A DNA stretch of 64,000 nucleotides from Patescibacteria group bacterium. Its GTDB lineage: Bacteria > Patescibacteriota > Minisyncoccia > Phycocordibacterales > PALSA-1337. The stretch spans positions 50,647 through 114,646 of the forward strand of contig JBBTRB010000002.1 in NCBI GenBank assembly GCA_038065395.1. Direction: 5' to 3'. Both the position numbers and the translations under genes were made by a program. Below, piece by piece: positions 38,905 through 48,965 of the stretch. The notes beneath the pieces were generated by a model. That model ran no database searches. It was given only the letters and a program-made list of their open reading frames with translations, and was not told the DNA's origin. The first letter of the stretch is position 1. The number at the start of each line of letters is the position of its first letter.

Positions 38905-40022
38905 TACTTCAACACCTCTACCCCCGGCAAAGTACCCGTACCCAAAAAGTCCAACATTGCACCACCACCCGTAGAGATAAAGTGGAACTTATCTTCGATA
39001 CCGAGCTCAGCTATAGCAGCCAGAGTGTCTCCGCCACCGACGATCGTCTCTGCGCCACGCGCAGTAGCTTCGCCGATCATACGTGCAAGCTCATGAGTCG
39101 GTTCGCGATAGCCGTCTTCGTAGAGACCCAAGGGACCATTCCAAAGGATGAACTCTGCTGTAGAGATCTTGTCTCGGAGAAGCTCGAGAGTCTGAGGTCC
39201 TGCGTCGAGAATCTTGTCGGTAGGTAGCACTCCAGTGGCAGGACGGATCTCTTTGCCTTCGGTCACGATATCGAGAGGAGTAAGGACTTTTGGATTGGCA
39301 ATAAACGCCGAGAGATCGATCTGCTTTTTCGAAACTAGAGAGGTGCCGATCTCGTAGCCTTTTTGTTTGTAGATGTCGTTGGCAAGAGCTCCCCCGACGA
39401 ACAACGTATCAGCAGTCTCGATGAATCGATGCAGGAGTGGGAGTTTGGTATCGAACTTGGCACCACCAAGTATAAAGAGGAACGGATGTCGTGGAGTAAA
39501 AGACTTGGAGAGATAGTCGATCTCTTTTTGTAGCTGGAGGCCTGCATACCCAGGAATGAGTGTAGGCACACCGACAACAGATGCATGCTCACGATGCGAT
39601 ACCGAAAAGGCATCATTGATGTACATATCTCCCAGAGATGCGAGTTCTTTGGCGAATTGCGGATCATTGATCTTCTCACCGTCATTGAACCGAAGGTTCT
39701 CAAGCAAGATACAGGAGCCGTTTTGTAGCTTGTCTATCTCGACTCGCGCGTTCTTGATATTTTTCACAAAGGTAACTGGTACGCCGAGTGATGCAAGAGT
39801 CGGAACAACTGGTTCAAGGGATTCATTCTCACCACTTACGGACTCGAGATGGCTCATGAGTACTATTCGTGCACCTCGTTCTCGGAGCCACATGATCGTC
39901 GGGAGCGCTGTGCGAATACGATAGTCCTCAACGACTTTGCCGTCTTTGAGGGGAACATTGAAGTCCACACGGACCAAGACGATCACTCCTTCTATATGTT
40001 CAATATCAGTAATCGTTTTCAT
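38904..40022 (-). CDS. pgk: phosphoglycerate kinase
   Basis: Canonical Pgk N- and C-domain motifs. Confidence 0.95.
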   Translation of the reverse strand: MKTITDIEHIEGVIVLVRVDFNVPLKDGKVVEDYRIRTALPTIMWLRERGARIVLMSHLESVSGENESLEPVVPTLASLGVPVTFVKNIKNARVEIDKLQNGSCILLENLRFNDGEKINDPQFAKELASLGDMYINDAFSVSHREHASVVGVPTLIPGYAGLQLQKEIDYLSKSFTPRHPFLFILGGAKFDTKLPLLHRFIETADTLFVGGALANDIYKQKGYEIGTSLVSKKQIDLSAFIANPKVLTPLDIVTEGKEIRPATGVLPTDKILDAGPQTLELLRDKISTAEFILWNGPLGLYEDGYREPTHELARMIGEATARGAETIVGGGDTLAAIAELGIEDKFHFISTGGGAMLDFLGTGTLPGVEVLK

Positions 40023-40060
40023 GAGGGATATTATAGCAGATGAAGATAGCGGACTGGCTC

Positions 40061-40825
40061 TTATATCACATCTACCGCCCGGAGTAATTCTACAAAACCA
40101 TCTATATGCACACTTTCTCTGCCCACCAGAAGCCCGTCGACTTTGCCGATAGTGATGATAGATGAGGCATTCTCAGCATTGACGGCACCACCATAGAGGA
40201 CTTTGATCTTGAGTGCGATCTCTGGTCCGAATATATCTGCGCAGATTTTCTTCACGAAGATACTCATTTCGCAGACTTGTTCTGGATTCATCGCTTCGGT
40301 AGCTCCGATCGCCCAGATCGGTTCGTAAGCGATAACGAGATTTTTGGCATGTTTTGCCTCGATCCCTGCCAGAGAACTACGGATCTGTTGCGTGAGTGTC
40401 TCGAGATATGTACCCGCATCGTCTCTCTGTCGTTCGCCAACACAAACGATCGCCATCATACCTTCATGTACGATAGCTGAGACACTTTTTGATACTTCTT
40501 CGTCGCTCACCCCGCGTGAACGTTCTTCAGAATGACCCGTGATGACATATTCAACCTTGAGATCACGGAGCATATGGACTCCCACTTCACCGGTATGAGG
40601 ACCCTCCTGGGTATAGGGCGATACCGACTGAACTCCGAGATACATATGTGGTGCCTCCGTCGAGGTATTGAAGCTCGAAATGAAAACAAATGGTGGACAT
40701 ACCACCACATCAGTATGGGCAAGTTCGCTTGCAGCTTGTCGTGTTTTGCGGACGATCACCTTGGCTTCATCGAGCGTAGCGGGATTCATCTTCCAATTAC
40801 CGACGACCAGTGTACGTTTTGACAT
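40061..40825 (-). CDS. tpiA: triosephosphate isomerase
   Basis: VVGNWKMN, GHSERR, AYEPIWAIG. Confidence 0.95.
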   Translation of the reverse strand: MSKRTLVVGNWKMNPATLDEAKVIVRKTRQAASELAHTDVVVCPPFVFISSFNTSTEAPHMYLGVQSVSPYTQEGPHTGEVGVHMLRDLKVEYVITGHSEERSRGVSDEEVSKSVSAIVHEGMMAIVCVGERQRDDAGTYLETLTQQIRSSLAGIEAKHAKNLVIAYEPIWAIGATEAMNPEQVCEMSIFVKKICADIFGPEIALKIKVLYGGAVNAENASSIITIGKVDGLLVGRESVHIDGFVELLRAVDVI

Positions 40826-40890
40826 GAGGGTATTTTAGCATAAACAGAAACGTGAAACTTTGCATAGTATTTATCATTCTTGCCTCTTTT

Positions 40891-40918
40891 GTCATCCCCG
40901 CGAAAGCGGGGATCCAGG
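40891..40918. repeat. hairpin repeat copy 3 (variant ...GATCCAGG)
   Basis: gtcatccccgcgaaagcggggatccagg. Forms an inverted pair with copy 4. Confidence 0.8.
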
Positions 40919-41047
40919 AGCAAGGGAGTGGCTACTTACTCAGATCTATATCATCACCAACCATTAGGAACTATCCCTGTAATTACATGCCGAACCTATC
41001 ATGTTCATTGTTTGTATAATCTAAGTCGACTATATACTTGAAGTGAT

Positions 41048-41075
41048 CCTGGATCCCCGCTTTCGCGGGGATGAC
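41048..41075. repeat. hairpin repeat copy 4 (inverted orientation of copy 3)
   Basis: cctggatccccgctttcgcggggatgac is the exact reverse complement of copy 3. Separated from it by a 129-bp AT-rich spacer. Confidence 0.8.
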
Positions 41076-41087
41076 ACCCTACAATTT

Positions 41088-42527
41088 TTACTGTACCTCC
41101 TGCCAAGAAATCGTTTGATACTGACTCGACGTCAATGGGAATGAAGGTGGTGGACCATAGAGTAGGTTGGTATCGTAGGTGATATTGCGTATATCATAGC
41201 CTGTGCCGTTGGTATATGCGAAACCATAACGTTGGTTGGTAGCAATCATGCCATAGAGGGTCAGAACATCGCGTTCATAGTATTCTGTTCCGCCAGATTC
41301 GCAGTCATCGTCATAGTAATAACGCCCCACACGACCATTCTGCGCCACCAGTGCCGCATCAATACGCAGATCATCTTGACTCCACATGCCGACATTGAAG
41401 TTACCTTGGGCGATGAGCGCGAGCACATCGGTACCGTCATATCTGGTATAGAGCACGTCGTCATTGACCGTGATACTCGTACGCGTAGAGGCATTATCAG
41501 GGAAACGTCCCGAGGCGATCGTGAGTCTGGCCCCATCTATTCTACCCTCGACCCAGACATGGTCTTCGACAAAGATGATACCGTTGCCCGGAAATGGGAA
41601 GTTGCCCAAAGATGTCTGGTTGTTGATACTCCATGTCCCCCACCCATCTTGGCTGGCAGAGTTGGTACAGCCGCTCGGTGCTGAGCGTAGTGAATTGACA
41701 CGATACAGATCGAACGTGTCATTGGTATTGAGACGAATACGATATCCTTGTGACCCAGATGCAGCGATATATCTACCACTAGCCTGAGCATCGGCTTTCA
41801 TTTGTGCCAAGTCGAAGGTCAACCCTGCGAAGTCAAAAGATTGCACCGGGAACTGTCTCCCTGCGATGAAGACGTCTGGTCGACTCGGTACAGCCGCAGG
41901 CGGGTTGGGGTCCACGGGCGAGACGGTCGTATACACACCGAACTTTTGTTGTGAATTGCCATCATCAGGATCGTCATATGTTACCTGGGAACTCGTCACC
42001 AGGTTATGTGCCACACCCTCGAAACGCACACCACCGTTGGAATGCACAGGACCAAAGATCTCGGTACCAGAACCAAAACGCATGTTGTTATTGGCAACTA
42101 CGGCAAACTTGGCCAGAGATGGTATCGCCAGTCGTGCCTGGATCTTGCGATAGATGGTCGGATTGGACTCGAGGACGCCTTTGGACAATACACCAACGAT
42201 CGTTGAACCGATCGGTGGTGGAGTGATCGTGAGTTCGAACTGTCCGATGACGGTGCCACCTGTATCTGTCACATCGTGAATATACGGACCAGGTACACCA
42301 GTACCATCGGTATAGTCGGTGGCCGCATGAGCTAGATGCCAGCGATAATATTCGACTCCGGCTTCGGCGAGTTGGAATGCCTGTTCTCGATCCGAGAGCG
42401 TGCGCGTCGTCTTGAGCACTGTGGCGCCCCAGTTGGTCAGGCCAATCGTGACCGTGATCGCAATCGATGCGAATACGAGTGCATTGATCAGGATCATACC
42501 CTTTCTATATATAGATGGAGTGGTCAT
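41088..42527 (-). CDS. pilus-associated protein with pilin-like hydrophobic N-terminus (minor pilin/PilX-like; lacks Glu5)
   Basis: KGMILINALVFASIAI N-terminus. 4-bp overlap with the upstream prepilin gene. Confidence 0.45.
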   Translation of the reverse strand: MTTPSIYRKGMILINALVFASIAITVTIGLTNWGATVLKTTRTLSDREQAFQLAEAGVEYYRWHLAHAATDYTDGTGVPGPYIHDVTDTGGTVIGQFELTITPPPIGSTIVGVLSKGVLESNPTIYRKIQARLAIPSLAKFAVVANNNMRFGSGTEIFGPVHSNGGVRFEGVAHNLVTSSQVTYDDPDDGNSQQKFGVYTTVSPVDPNPPAAVPSRPDVFIAGRQFPVQSFDFAGLTFDLAQMKADAQASGRYIAASGSQGYRIRLNTNDTFDLYRVNSLRSAPSGCTNSASQDGWGTWSINNQTSLGNFPFPGNGIIFVEDHVWVEGRIDGARLTIASGRFPDNASTRTSITVNDDVLYTRYDGTDVLALIAQGNFNVGMWSQDDLRIDAALVAQNGRVGRYYYDDDCESGGTEYYERDVLTLYGMIATNQRYGFAYTNGTGYDIRNITYDTNLLYGPPPSFPLTSSQYQTISWQEVQ

Positions 42528-43171
42528 AGATTGTCTTTGAGATTACGAAGTGACACCTGTGTCGAGAATGTTCGTGCTACCGGTGACCGGTTGGGATCAG
42601 AATCGAGGGTGATATTGGCCTTGATCAGACGGATCGAGGTGAGTACGAGTGGATATGTCATAGCTGCCGTCGTGCCATCATAGGCACTGAGATAGTATTC
42701 GAAAAGCGGCGTCGAGGACGAGTTGCGTATGCCGGTGGCCACAACTTTGACACTTTCCGCACCGGTATAGACTGCTGGTGACCCTGTCGGTAGTCTCACT
42801 CCCCTATAGAGAGTAGTCGTAGCGATGTAGTATCGGATTCGTTCGGTCACAGCATCACTATTGGTATCAGCAAAAAAGATGATTGTACTCGTACCTGCCG
42901 ACTCGATCGGATACGAACCATTGGCAGAGGGCGACATCGAGCGGAGTTCGCGAGCCATGATCTTCATGATATTCGAAGCTTCTTGCACATTGGTCAGTCT
43001 AACCTGTGTCGAACGGTTGTTACTGATCACATTGAACTGAAATGTTCCTACCGCGACCATGACTACAATGACGATCGATACGGAGACGAGTATCTCGGCG
43101 AGTGTCATTCCTTTTGAATGACGTCTGTGTCTTTTTGAAAGGCGCAGTGACATGGGTATATTGTAACGCAT
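42524..43171 (-). CDS. prepilin-type N-terminal cleavage/methylation domain protein (minor pilin)
   Basis: Class III signal KGMTLAEILVSVSIVIV. Confidence 0.65.
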   Translation of the reverse strand: MRYNIPMSLRLSKRHRRHSKGMTLAEILVSVSIVIVVMVAVGTFQFNVISNNRSTQVRLTNVQEASNIMKIMARELRSMSPSANGSYPIESAGTSTIIFFADTNSDAVTERIRYYIATTTLYRGVRLPTGSPAVYTGAESVKVVATGIRNSSSTPLFEYYLSAYDGTTAAMTYPLVLTSIRLIKANITLDSDPNRSPVARTFSTQVSLRNLKDNL

Positions 43172-44988
43172 TATGGTGCTAAGAGAACTTGATGTTCACT
43201 CCATGCATCTGTAATAGGTATGTCGACTGTATATGTGGCATACCCTGACTTTGAAACAGTCAGTGTATATGTTTCATTGTCGAGCAGATCAGCGAAGATC
43301 ACTTGTCCTGGTGGTACACAGTCCGAAGTATACGTGAATGACACATCCGACACATTGGGAGTAAAAGCGGGGTCGGCAGTTGCGAGATAGAGTCGATACC
43401 GTGCATATTGATGGTCCGCATGAATAGCACTTAACGATGAGTTCGATGAGGTGTAATACGTGGCAGCAGTTCCGTCTGGACCAACGAAGTTCCATGGTCC
43501 AGTGGGTGATGTACTGGCAGCGGTTGCGAACTGCATACGGACACTCTCTGCCCCTGTTTCTGCTGGCTGGTCGGTCGGTGACCAGATCAAAGAATAGAAG
43601 TTACTGTCAGATCCCGTATCGAACGTCGAGGATTCGAGCCACCCCGCTGGGTTATATGCCCCGAATATATTCCGAAGCATCACCTGCCCTGTCGAAGTCG
43701 CTACGTCAACATTAGTATCGTCAGCGAAATAGCGAGTCGCATCAGTGAAGGTGCTTTGTCCTGATCCACCCACCCAATTGGTTTGATTGATATACCCACG
43801 CCCCGTCTCGAACGTCTCGTCGTATCCGCCCACACCCGTGAGTTGCACAGTTACATCGGAGAGAGGTAGCTGAGTAGCACTGTCTTTGACAGTAACAAGG
43901 AGGCTCTGAGGATCCTTGGGTGCAACGATGAGCTGGAGCTGCATATCGGTGTCTGGGTTGACCGTGAATGGATTGAGCGGATTGATACCGATGAGGTCAT
44001 ATGCGGTATCGATAGCTGCAAACGTATATATATCCCATTCGAGTCCCGAGAGAGTGAGTGTGCCACTGCCATCAGTGGCATGATTGGAACCATATTTCGG
44101 CATTCCTGGACCATTCTCTTTGCCACTGGTCAGAGAAAAGTCAAAACTCGGGATCACCGAACAGGTCGGCGTGACACTACTGATGTGTACTGTACTGATC
44201 CTATCGATCGCAAAGCTGACCTGGGTCACCTGTTGTACCAAAACGGTTGCATCAGGTTTCGGGGGGATCGGGTTCGAAGTATCTGGAGGATAGGTACGAT
44301 CGGTCGAATATCCTGACTTGGTGACAGTGATACGGTACGCATTGACATCGGGCGGCACATCGACAAGCTGGAGGAGACCGTTAGCATCAGTGACGTCATT
44401 GATCTCGATCGTCGTCGTAGTGGTCGCAATGTTCTCTACGTTGACGGATACATTCTGGAGTGGCTGACCGTTGGCATCGAATACCCGGATGAAGAGTGCC
44501 CCGTTGGCCGATGCGGTCTCGAGATTCTTGGGTGCCACCTGGCCAACAAGCGTGATCGGCTGCATACCTCGACAGCCGTCACACGAGACAGTGATCTGTA
44601 CTTTCTTGTTATCCGCAGGAGAAAGATCGTTCGGCGTACCACCGATCGTCCCATCGAATAGGAGATCCACGTTACGTACGGTAGCAGTGACGGTAAAAGG
44701 TGTTCCCCCTCGAGTCAATGTTTGGATATGAGGTATTTTGCCCGGAGGGATACTGCCCTGAACGCCAACATCACTATACGGCAGGTTACGAGCGATCTCG
44801 AACTGTTCATTGGCAAGTGCCGTAGCAAGCACTCGATACTGACTCAGGTCAACGAGCTTAAAGAGACTCACGTATGCGTTATATGAAGCCAGCGCGATCG
44901 TCAAAAACACTGCAGTTCCCACGATCGCTTCAACCAAAGTGAAACCGCGACAATCAGTTTTTAAAGTTAGAAAGTTTTTAAAGTTCAT
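43171..44988 (-). CDS. large (605-aa) prepilin-type protein with beta-rich extracellular domains
   Basis: RGFTLVEAIVGTAVFL prepilin N-terminus. Carboxypeptidase-regulatory-like repeats (TVTKSGYSTDRTYP, TVSKSGYATYTVDIP). Confidence 0.65.
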   Translation of the reverse strand: MNFKNFLTLKTDCRGFTLVEAIVGTAVFLTIALASYNAYVSLFKLVDLSQYRVLATALANEQFEIARNLPYSDVGVQGSIPPGKIPHIQTLTRGGTPFTVTATVRNVDLLFDGTIGGTPNDLSPADNKKVQITVSCDGCRGMQPITLVGQVAPKNLETASANGALFIRVFDANGQPLQNVSVNVENIATTTTTIEINDVTDANGLLQLVDVPPDVNAYRITVTKSGYSTDRTYPPDTSNPIPPKPDATVLVQQVTQVSFAIDRISTVHISSVTPTCSVIPSFDFSLTSGKENGPGMPKYGSNHATDGSGTLTLSGLEWDIYTFAAIDTAYDLIGINPLNPFTVNPDTDMQLQLIVAPKDPQSLLVTVKDSATQLPLSDVTVQLTGVGGYDETFETGRGYINQTNWVGGSGQSTFTDATRYFADDTNVDVATSTGQVMLRNIFGAYNPAGWLESSTFDTGSDSNFYSLIWSPTDQPAETGAESVRMQFATAASTSPTGPWNFVGPDGTAATYYTSSNSSLSAIHADHQYARYRLYLATADPAFTPNVSDVSFTYTSDCVPPGQVIFADLLDNETYTLTVSKSGYATYTVDIPITDAWSEHQVLLAP

Positions 44989-45329
44989 AAAGTTTTTATA
45001 AATCCTGAAAGCATTTTTGAAATCTCAAGAGAAAGACCATATGTCTTTTCAAAATCTTTAGCATTTATACTTTTAAGATCCAGGGCCAGATACAACATAG
45101 ACCTAACTTCAGCACATGATCCTTTTGATATATAAAGAAACCTTCTCAGCTCTACATTTCCACTCCTTTCAAATCCTTCTGCAATATTATTCATAATAGA
45201 AACAGAAGCAGACTGAATTTGATCCCGAAATTTAAAATCTCTTGAATCTTTAAACAGTTCATACGTAAGCAAGGTAAGTTCTCTCGCCTTTTGCCATGCT
45301 TTGATATCTTCGAATCTTTTAATTTGCAT
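44985..45329 (-). CDS. four-helix-bundle protein (TIGR02436 / 23S rRNA IVS protein family)
   Basis: IMNNIAEGFERSGNVELRRFLYISKGSCAEVRSMLYLA is a strong match to the family core. Embedded inside the pilus operon. Confidence 0.85.
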   Translation of the reverse strand: MQIKRFEDIKAWQKARELTLLTYELFKDSRDFKFRDQIQSASVSIMNNIAEGFERSGNVELRRFLYISKGSCAEVRSMLYLALDLKSINAKDFEKTYGLSLEISKMLSGFIKTL

Positions 45330-45375
45330 ATCTTTTTAGGCTTTATGAACTTTAAAAACCTTCTAACTTTATGAA

Positions 45376-46593
45376 CTAAATTGCATTTACCAACGAATAC
45401 ATCGGGGAGATCATCGAGATCGCAAAGAATCCAACCGCCGCACCGATCACGATCATCAAGAACGGCTCTATGATCGTCGACATGTCTTTGGTCTTTTGTT
45501 CGACATCATTCTCGTAGTAGTGTGCAACCCCGAGCAACATCTCCCCCATCTTACCGGTCTCTTCACCAACACTCATCATCTCCGAGAAAAATACAGGGTA
45601 CAGGTTGGTCGACTCACCGAATGTCTTGGACATGACGTCACCTTTTTTGATCGCTTCTTTGGCCTTGTCCAACACTGCCCGAAAATGCACGTTCTGGACA
45701 ACCGCAGAGGTGATCGAGATCGACTCGACGACATCGACACCGGACGTGATCAGAGATGACAATGTGCGAGCAGTACGAGCGGCGTTGACTTCTTGGACGA
45801 GCGCACCGATGACGGGGATCTTGAGGAGTGTGGCATGGATCGTCTTTTTGCCCGAAACAGTTTTCTTCCACCAGGAGAAGATGATAGCGAGGACGATGAC
45901 TCCGAGAATGACCCAGAGCCCTTGATGTTGGATGATGTTACTGAGAGTTAGGATGAACTGTGTACTTGCGGGGAGTTCGACTTTGAGTTCAATGAACGTG
46001 GCCATGAGTGTCGGGATCACGAAGATGAACATGAGAATAGCAATGATGATCATGGCCGCCACGATAACTGCCGGATACATCATCGCCCCACGAATACGAC
46101 GCTCAAGCGCATACGAGCTATCCATCTGAATACCGATCGCCTTGAGTGACTGTGCCAATGTTCCACTTTGTTCACCTGCATGAACCATCGAGATGAAAAG
46201 CTCAGGGAAGATCTTGTCATGGCGCTTGAGTGCATCGGTGAACGTATTACCTTTGTTGATCTCAGCGATCACATCGGTCAAGACTTTTTTGAAACCGGCC
46301 TTTTTGGACTGACGTTCGAGCACAGTCAATGCTCGCGAGAGCGCGAGTCCTGCTTCGAGCATCGCTCCGAGGTTGCGAGCGAAGTTGATCTTGTCGATCG
46401 TCTTGATACCACGCGTGCCTTTGCCAAAAGAGATCAGAGCCCCCAACTTCATAGGCTTCTTTTCTTCGGCAGAGATCATCTCATCTCCTGTCTCACGGAC
46501 GAGTTTGTAGAGCTCATAGCGATCTGCAGCATCCCGCTCGGCGGTGTATGTTTCGCCGGTGGCCTTTTTTGCTTTGAATCGAAAATGAGACAT
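45376..46593 (-). CDS. pilC: type IV pilus / T2SS platform protein PilC/GspF
   Basis: Two T2SSF domains. Three TM segments. Confidence 0.85.
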   Translation of the reverse strand: MSHFRFKAKKATGETYTAERDAADRYELYKLVRETGDEMISAEEKKPMKLGALISFGKGTRGIKTIDKINFARNLGAMLEAGLALSRALTVLERQSKKAGFKKVLTDVIAEINKGNTFTDALKRHDKIFPELFISMVHAGEQSGTLAQSLKAIGIQMDSSYALERRIRGAMMYPAVIVAAMIIIAILMFIFVIPTLMATFIELKVELPASTQFILTLSNIIQHQGLWVILGVIVLAIIFSWWKKTVSGKKTIHATLLKIPVIGALVQEVNAARTARTLSSLITSGVDVVESISITSAVVQNVHFRAVLDKAKEAIKKGDVMSKTFGESTNLYPVFFSEMMSVGEETGKMGEMLLGVAHYYENDVEQKTKDMSTIIEPFLMIVIGAAVGFFAISMISPMYSLVNAI

Positions 46594-46618
46594 ATTTTAT
46601 CCTATAAGTATACTACGG

Positions 46619-48406
46619 CTACTCCGAAACGACGCGAAGTACCTCCTCTATCGTTGTGATACCGGTGACACATTTGTATATACCGTCTTCGAGCATACTG
46701 AGCATGCCTTCTTTCTTGGCTTGGGCCTCGAGTTCGACCGACGTTGCTCCTTTCATGATCAGATCCTTGATCGCCTGAGAAACACGAAATATCTCGTGGA
46801 TGCCAACACGACCCTTGAAACTCTCTTCTTCGGTTGCACCGCCAGCTTTCCAAAATGAGATGTCTTTCCAGGTATCAGTAGGCTTGATAACCTTGTCATC
46901 CTTGAGTGCTGTCAGTACCCGCTCAAGATCCACGGTCTTTTCGAGTTGGGTAAACTCGTCTTTACTCAGTTTGTACTGTTGTTTACTATCGGTCAGTTTG
47001 CGCACCAAACGCTGTCCGATGATGACGTTGATCGTCGACACCAGGAGGAACGGCTCTACCTTCATATCCAAAAGACGCGGAATGGCTCCGGCGGCGGAGT
47101 TCGTATGCAACGTCGAGAGCACCACGTGACCAGTGAGCGCAGCATTGACCGCAAGCGCGGCAGTTTCGTTGTCGCGGATCTCTCCAACCATGATGATGTC
47201 TGGATCCTGACGAACGAGGGTACGTATACCCTGTGCGAATGAAAATCCGATCTCTGGATGTACCTGAGTTTGGTTGATACGTGCCATCTGATATTCGATC
47301 GGGTCTTCGATGGTCGAAATATTCACATCAGGAGTATTGAGAATATCGAGCATCGTATAGAGGGTGGTGGTTTTACCGGAACCTGTTGGACCGGTGGTGA
47401 GGATGAGGCCAGTGGTTTGTTTGAGAGCCTTGTATATGCGCTCGAGTCCTTCCCCGTGGAAGTTGAGGAATTCGAGAGTAAAACCAGAAATACTTTCTCG
47501 CAACAGACGCATCACGGTTTTCTCTCCATAGTAGGTAGGGAGGATCGACACACGGAATGAAACTTTCTCGTTGTTCATATCTACCTTGAAACGACCGTCC
47601 TGAGGCAGACGCTTTTCGTCGAGCTTGAGGTTGGAGAGGACTTTGATACGTGCCGTGATTGAGGGTCCTGCCTGTTTTGGGAGCACCATCGCATCATGGA
47701 GCAGTCCGTCGATGCGATAACGCACCAAAACTTGGTTGTCCATCGGCTCGATATGGATATCAGAGGCATCCTGGAGGATGGCATGCTTGACCAAGGTGTC
47801 GACGATACGCACGACTGGCAGTCCTTCGGCGATCTTCTTGAGGTCGCCTTCACTGGTTGCATCACTCCCCTTCTCGTCAGAGATCATCTTCAGAGCGTCG
47901 GTCTCCTTTTGGATAATATCGCCGAACTCAGCTTTGAGACTCTTCTGATATTGGACGAGAGTCTCCTTGATAGAGTCGGAGTCTGTGAGGCGCGGAAGGA
48001 TCTTGAGGTTGACCTTCTTCTTGATAAAGTCGATCGCAGACAAGTCGTTGACATCGAGCATCGCCACCTCGAGCGAGGTATCTGCCTTTTTGAAGGCCAC
48101 GATGTTATGTGCACGAGCGATCGGCTCGGGTATGAGTGAGAGCGTCTCGAAAGCTATCTTCTTGCCTTTGAGGTCTACGAAAGGGATACCGAGCATGTAC
48201 GCCTGCATCCTTCGTAGGTTGTCGGTCGTCATTTTGCCCGTTGAGACGAGTACTGAACCGAGAGATTTGTTGTTTTTCTCGGCTTCAGTGCGGGCAGCCT
48301 CAAGATCTTCTTTGCTTACGAGGCCAGAGTCCAGGATGAATTTGTAGAGCTGAGCATCTTCGACGAGCATATTGCATATATTGTACCAAATACCCCACCA
48401 ACTCAC
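46619..48406 (-). CDS. pilB: type IV pilus assembly ATPase PilB/GspE
   Basis: GPTGSGKTTT Walker A, DPIEY, GEIRD. N-terminal T2SSE_N domains. Confidence 0.9.
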   Translation of the reverse strand: MSWWGIWYNICNMLVEDAQLYKFILDSGLVSKEDLEAARTEAEKNNKSLGSVLVSTGKMTTDNLRRMQAYMLGIPFVDLKGKKIAFETLSLIPEPIARAHNIVAFKKADTSLEVAMLDVNDLSAIDFIKKKVNLKILPRLTDSDSIKETLVQYQKSLKAEFGDIIQKETDALKMISDEKGSDATSEGDLKKIAEGLPVVRIVDTLVKHAILQDASDIHIEPMDNQVLVRYRIDGLLHDAMVLPKQAGPSITARIKVLSNLKLDEKRLPQDGRFKVDMNNEKVSFRVSILPTYYGEKTVMRLLRESISGFTLEFLNFHGEGLERIYKALKQTTGLILTTGPTGSGKTTTLYTMLDILNTPDVNISTIEDPIEYQMARINQTQVHPEIGFSFAQGIRTLVRQDPDIIMVGEIRDNETAALAVNAALTGHVVLSTLHTNSAAGAIPRLLDMKVEPFLLVSTINVIIGQRLVRKLTDSKQQYKLSKDEFTQLEKTVDLERVLTALKDDKVIKPTDTWKDISFWKAGGATEEESFKGRVGIHEIFRVSQAIKDLIMKGATSVELEAQAKKEGMLSMLEDGIYKCVTGITTIEEVLRVVSE

Positions 48407-48433
48407 ATGGGAAAACTATGCCTTTGAACAGAG

Positions 48434-48928
48434 GTGCATTTGCACGCATCTTCTGGTAGGCTCTCTTACAGAAAAGTCGTTCGGTTCAATAAACTCAGCA
48501 AACACACTACACACAAGAAAGGATCTATGAGCGCACAACTGCATATTTTGGTGGTTGATGATTCAGATACAGAGAGAAAAGTGACTGTTGAACTCCTCAC
48601 AAAAGAGGCGTACCTCGTAACTACAGCAAGATCAGTCCGGCAGGCGAAGGATGTCTTGCGGGCATATAATTCAGCCCATGCTCTAGACAGCATTCGAGTA
48701 GTTGTCTTGGAAAGTGATTTGGGTGGGGTAGACGCTATCGAAGATCTCCTCCCCATCTCAGAGGAAAAACTGAAAGTTTCACCTCAAGTAATCCTCCTTA
48801 ACAGAGACAGCTTACATCCTGGGCGCCACAGAAAAGCAATCGGCCGTGGAGCATATCTGATCTTGCACAAAGCACACACTTTGGATCGACTTGTTCCGAC
48901 CATTCAACAACTGTTCGACCTGAAGTAA
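48434..48928 (+). CDS. stand-alone response-regulator receiver (CheY-like) domain protein
   Basis: ILVVDDSDTERKVTVELL...VVLESDLGG. The likely start is the internal Met at 48527. Divergent from pilB. Confidence 0.55.
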   Translation: MHLHASSGRLSYRKVVRFNKLSKHTTHKKGSMSAQLHILVVDDSDTERKVTVELLTKEAYLVTTARSVRQAKDVLRAYNSAHALDSIRVVVLESDLGGVDAIEDLLPISEEKLKVSPQVILLNRDSLHPGRHRKAIGRGAYLILHKAHTLDRLVPTIQQLFDLK

Positions 48929-48965
48929 ACCACTCACCATCCCAGATTCGAACCACAAGCCATCC

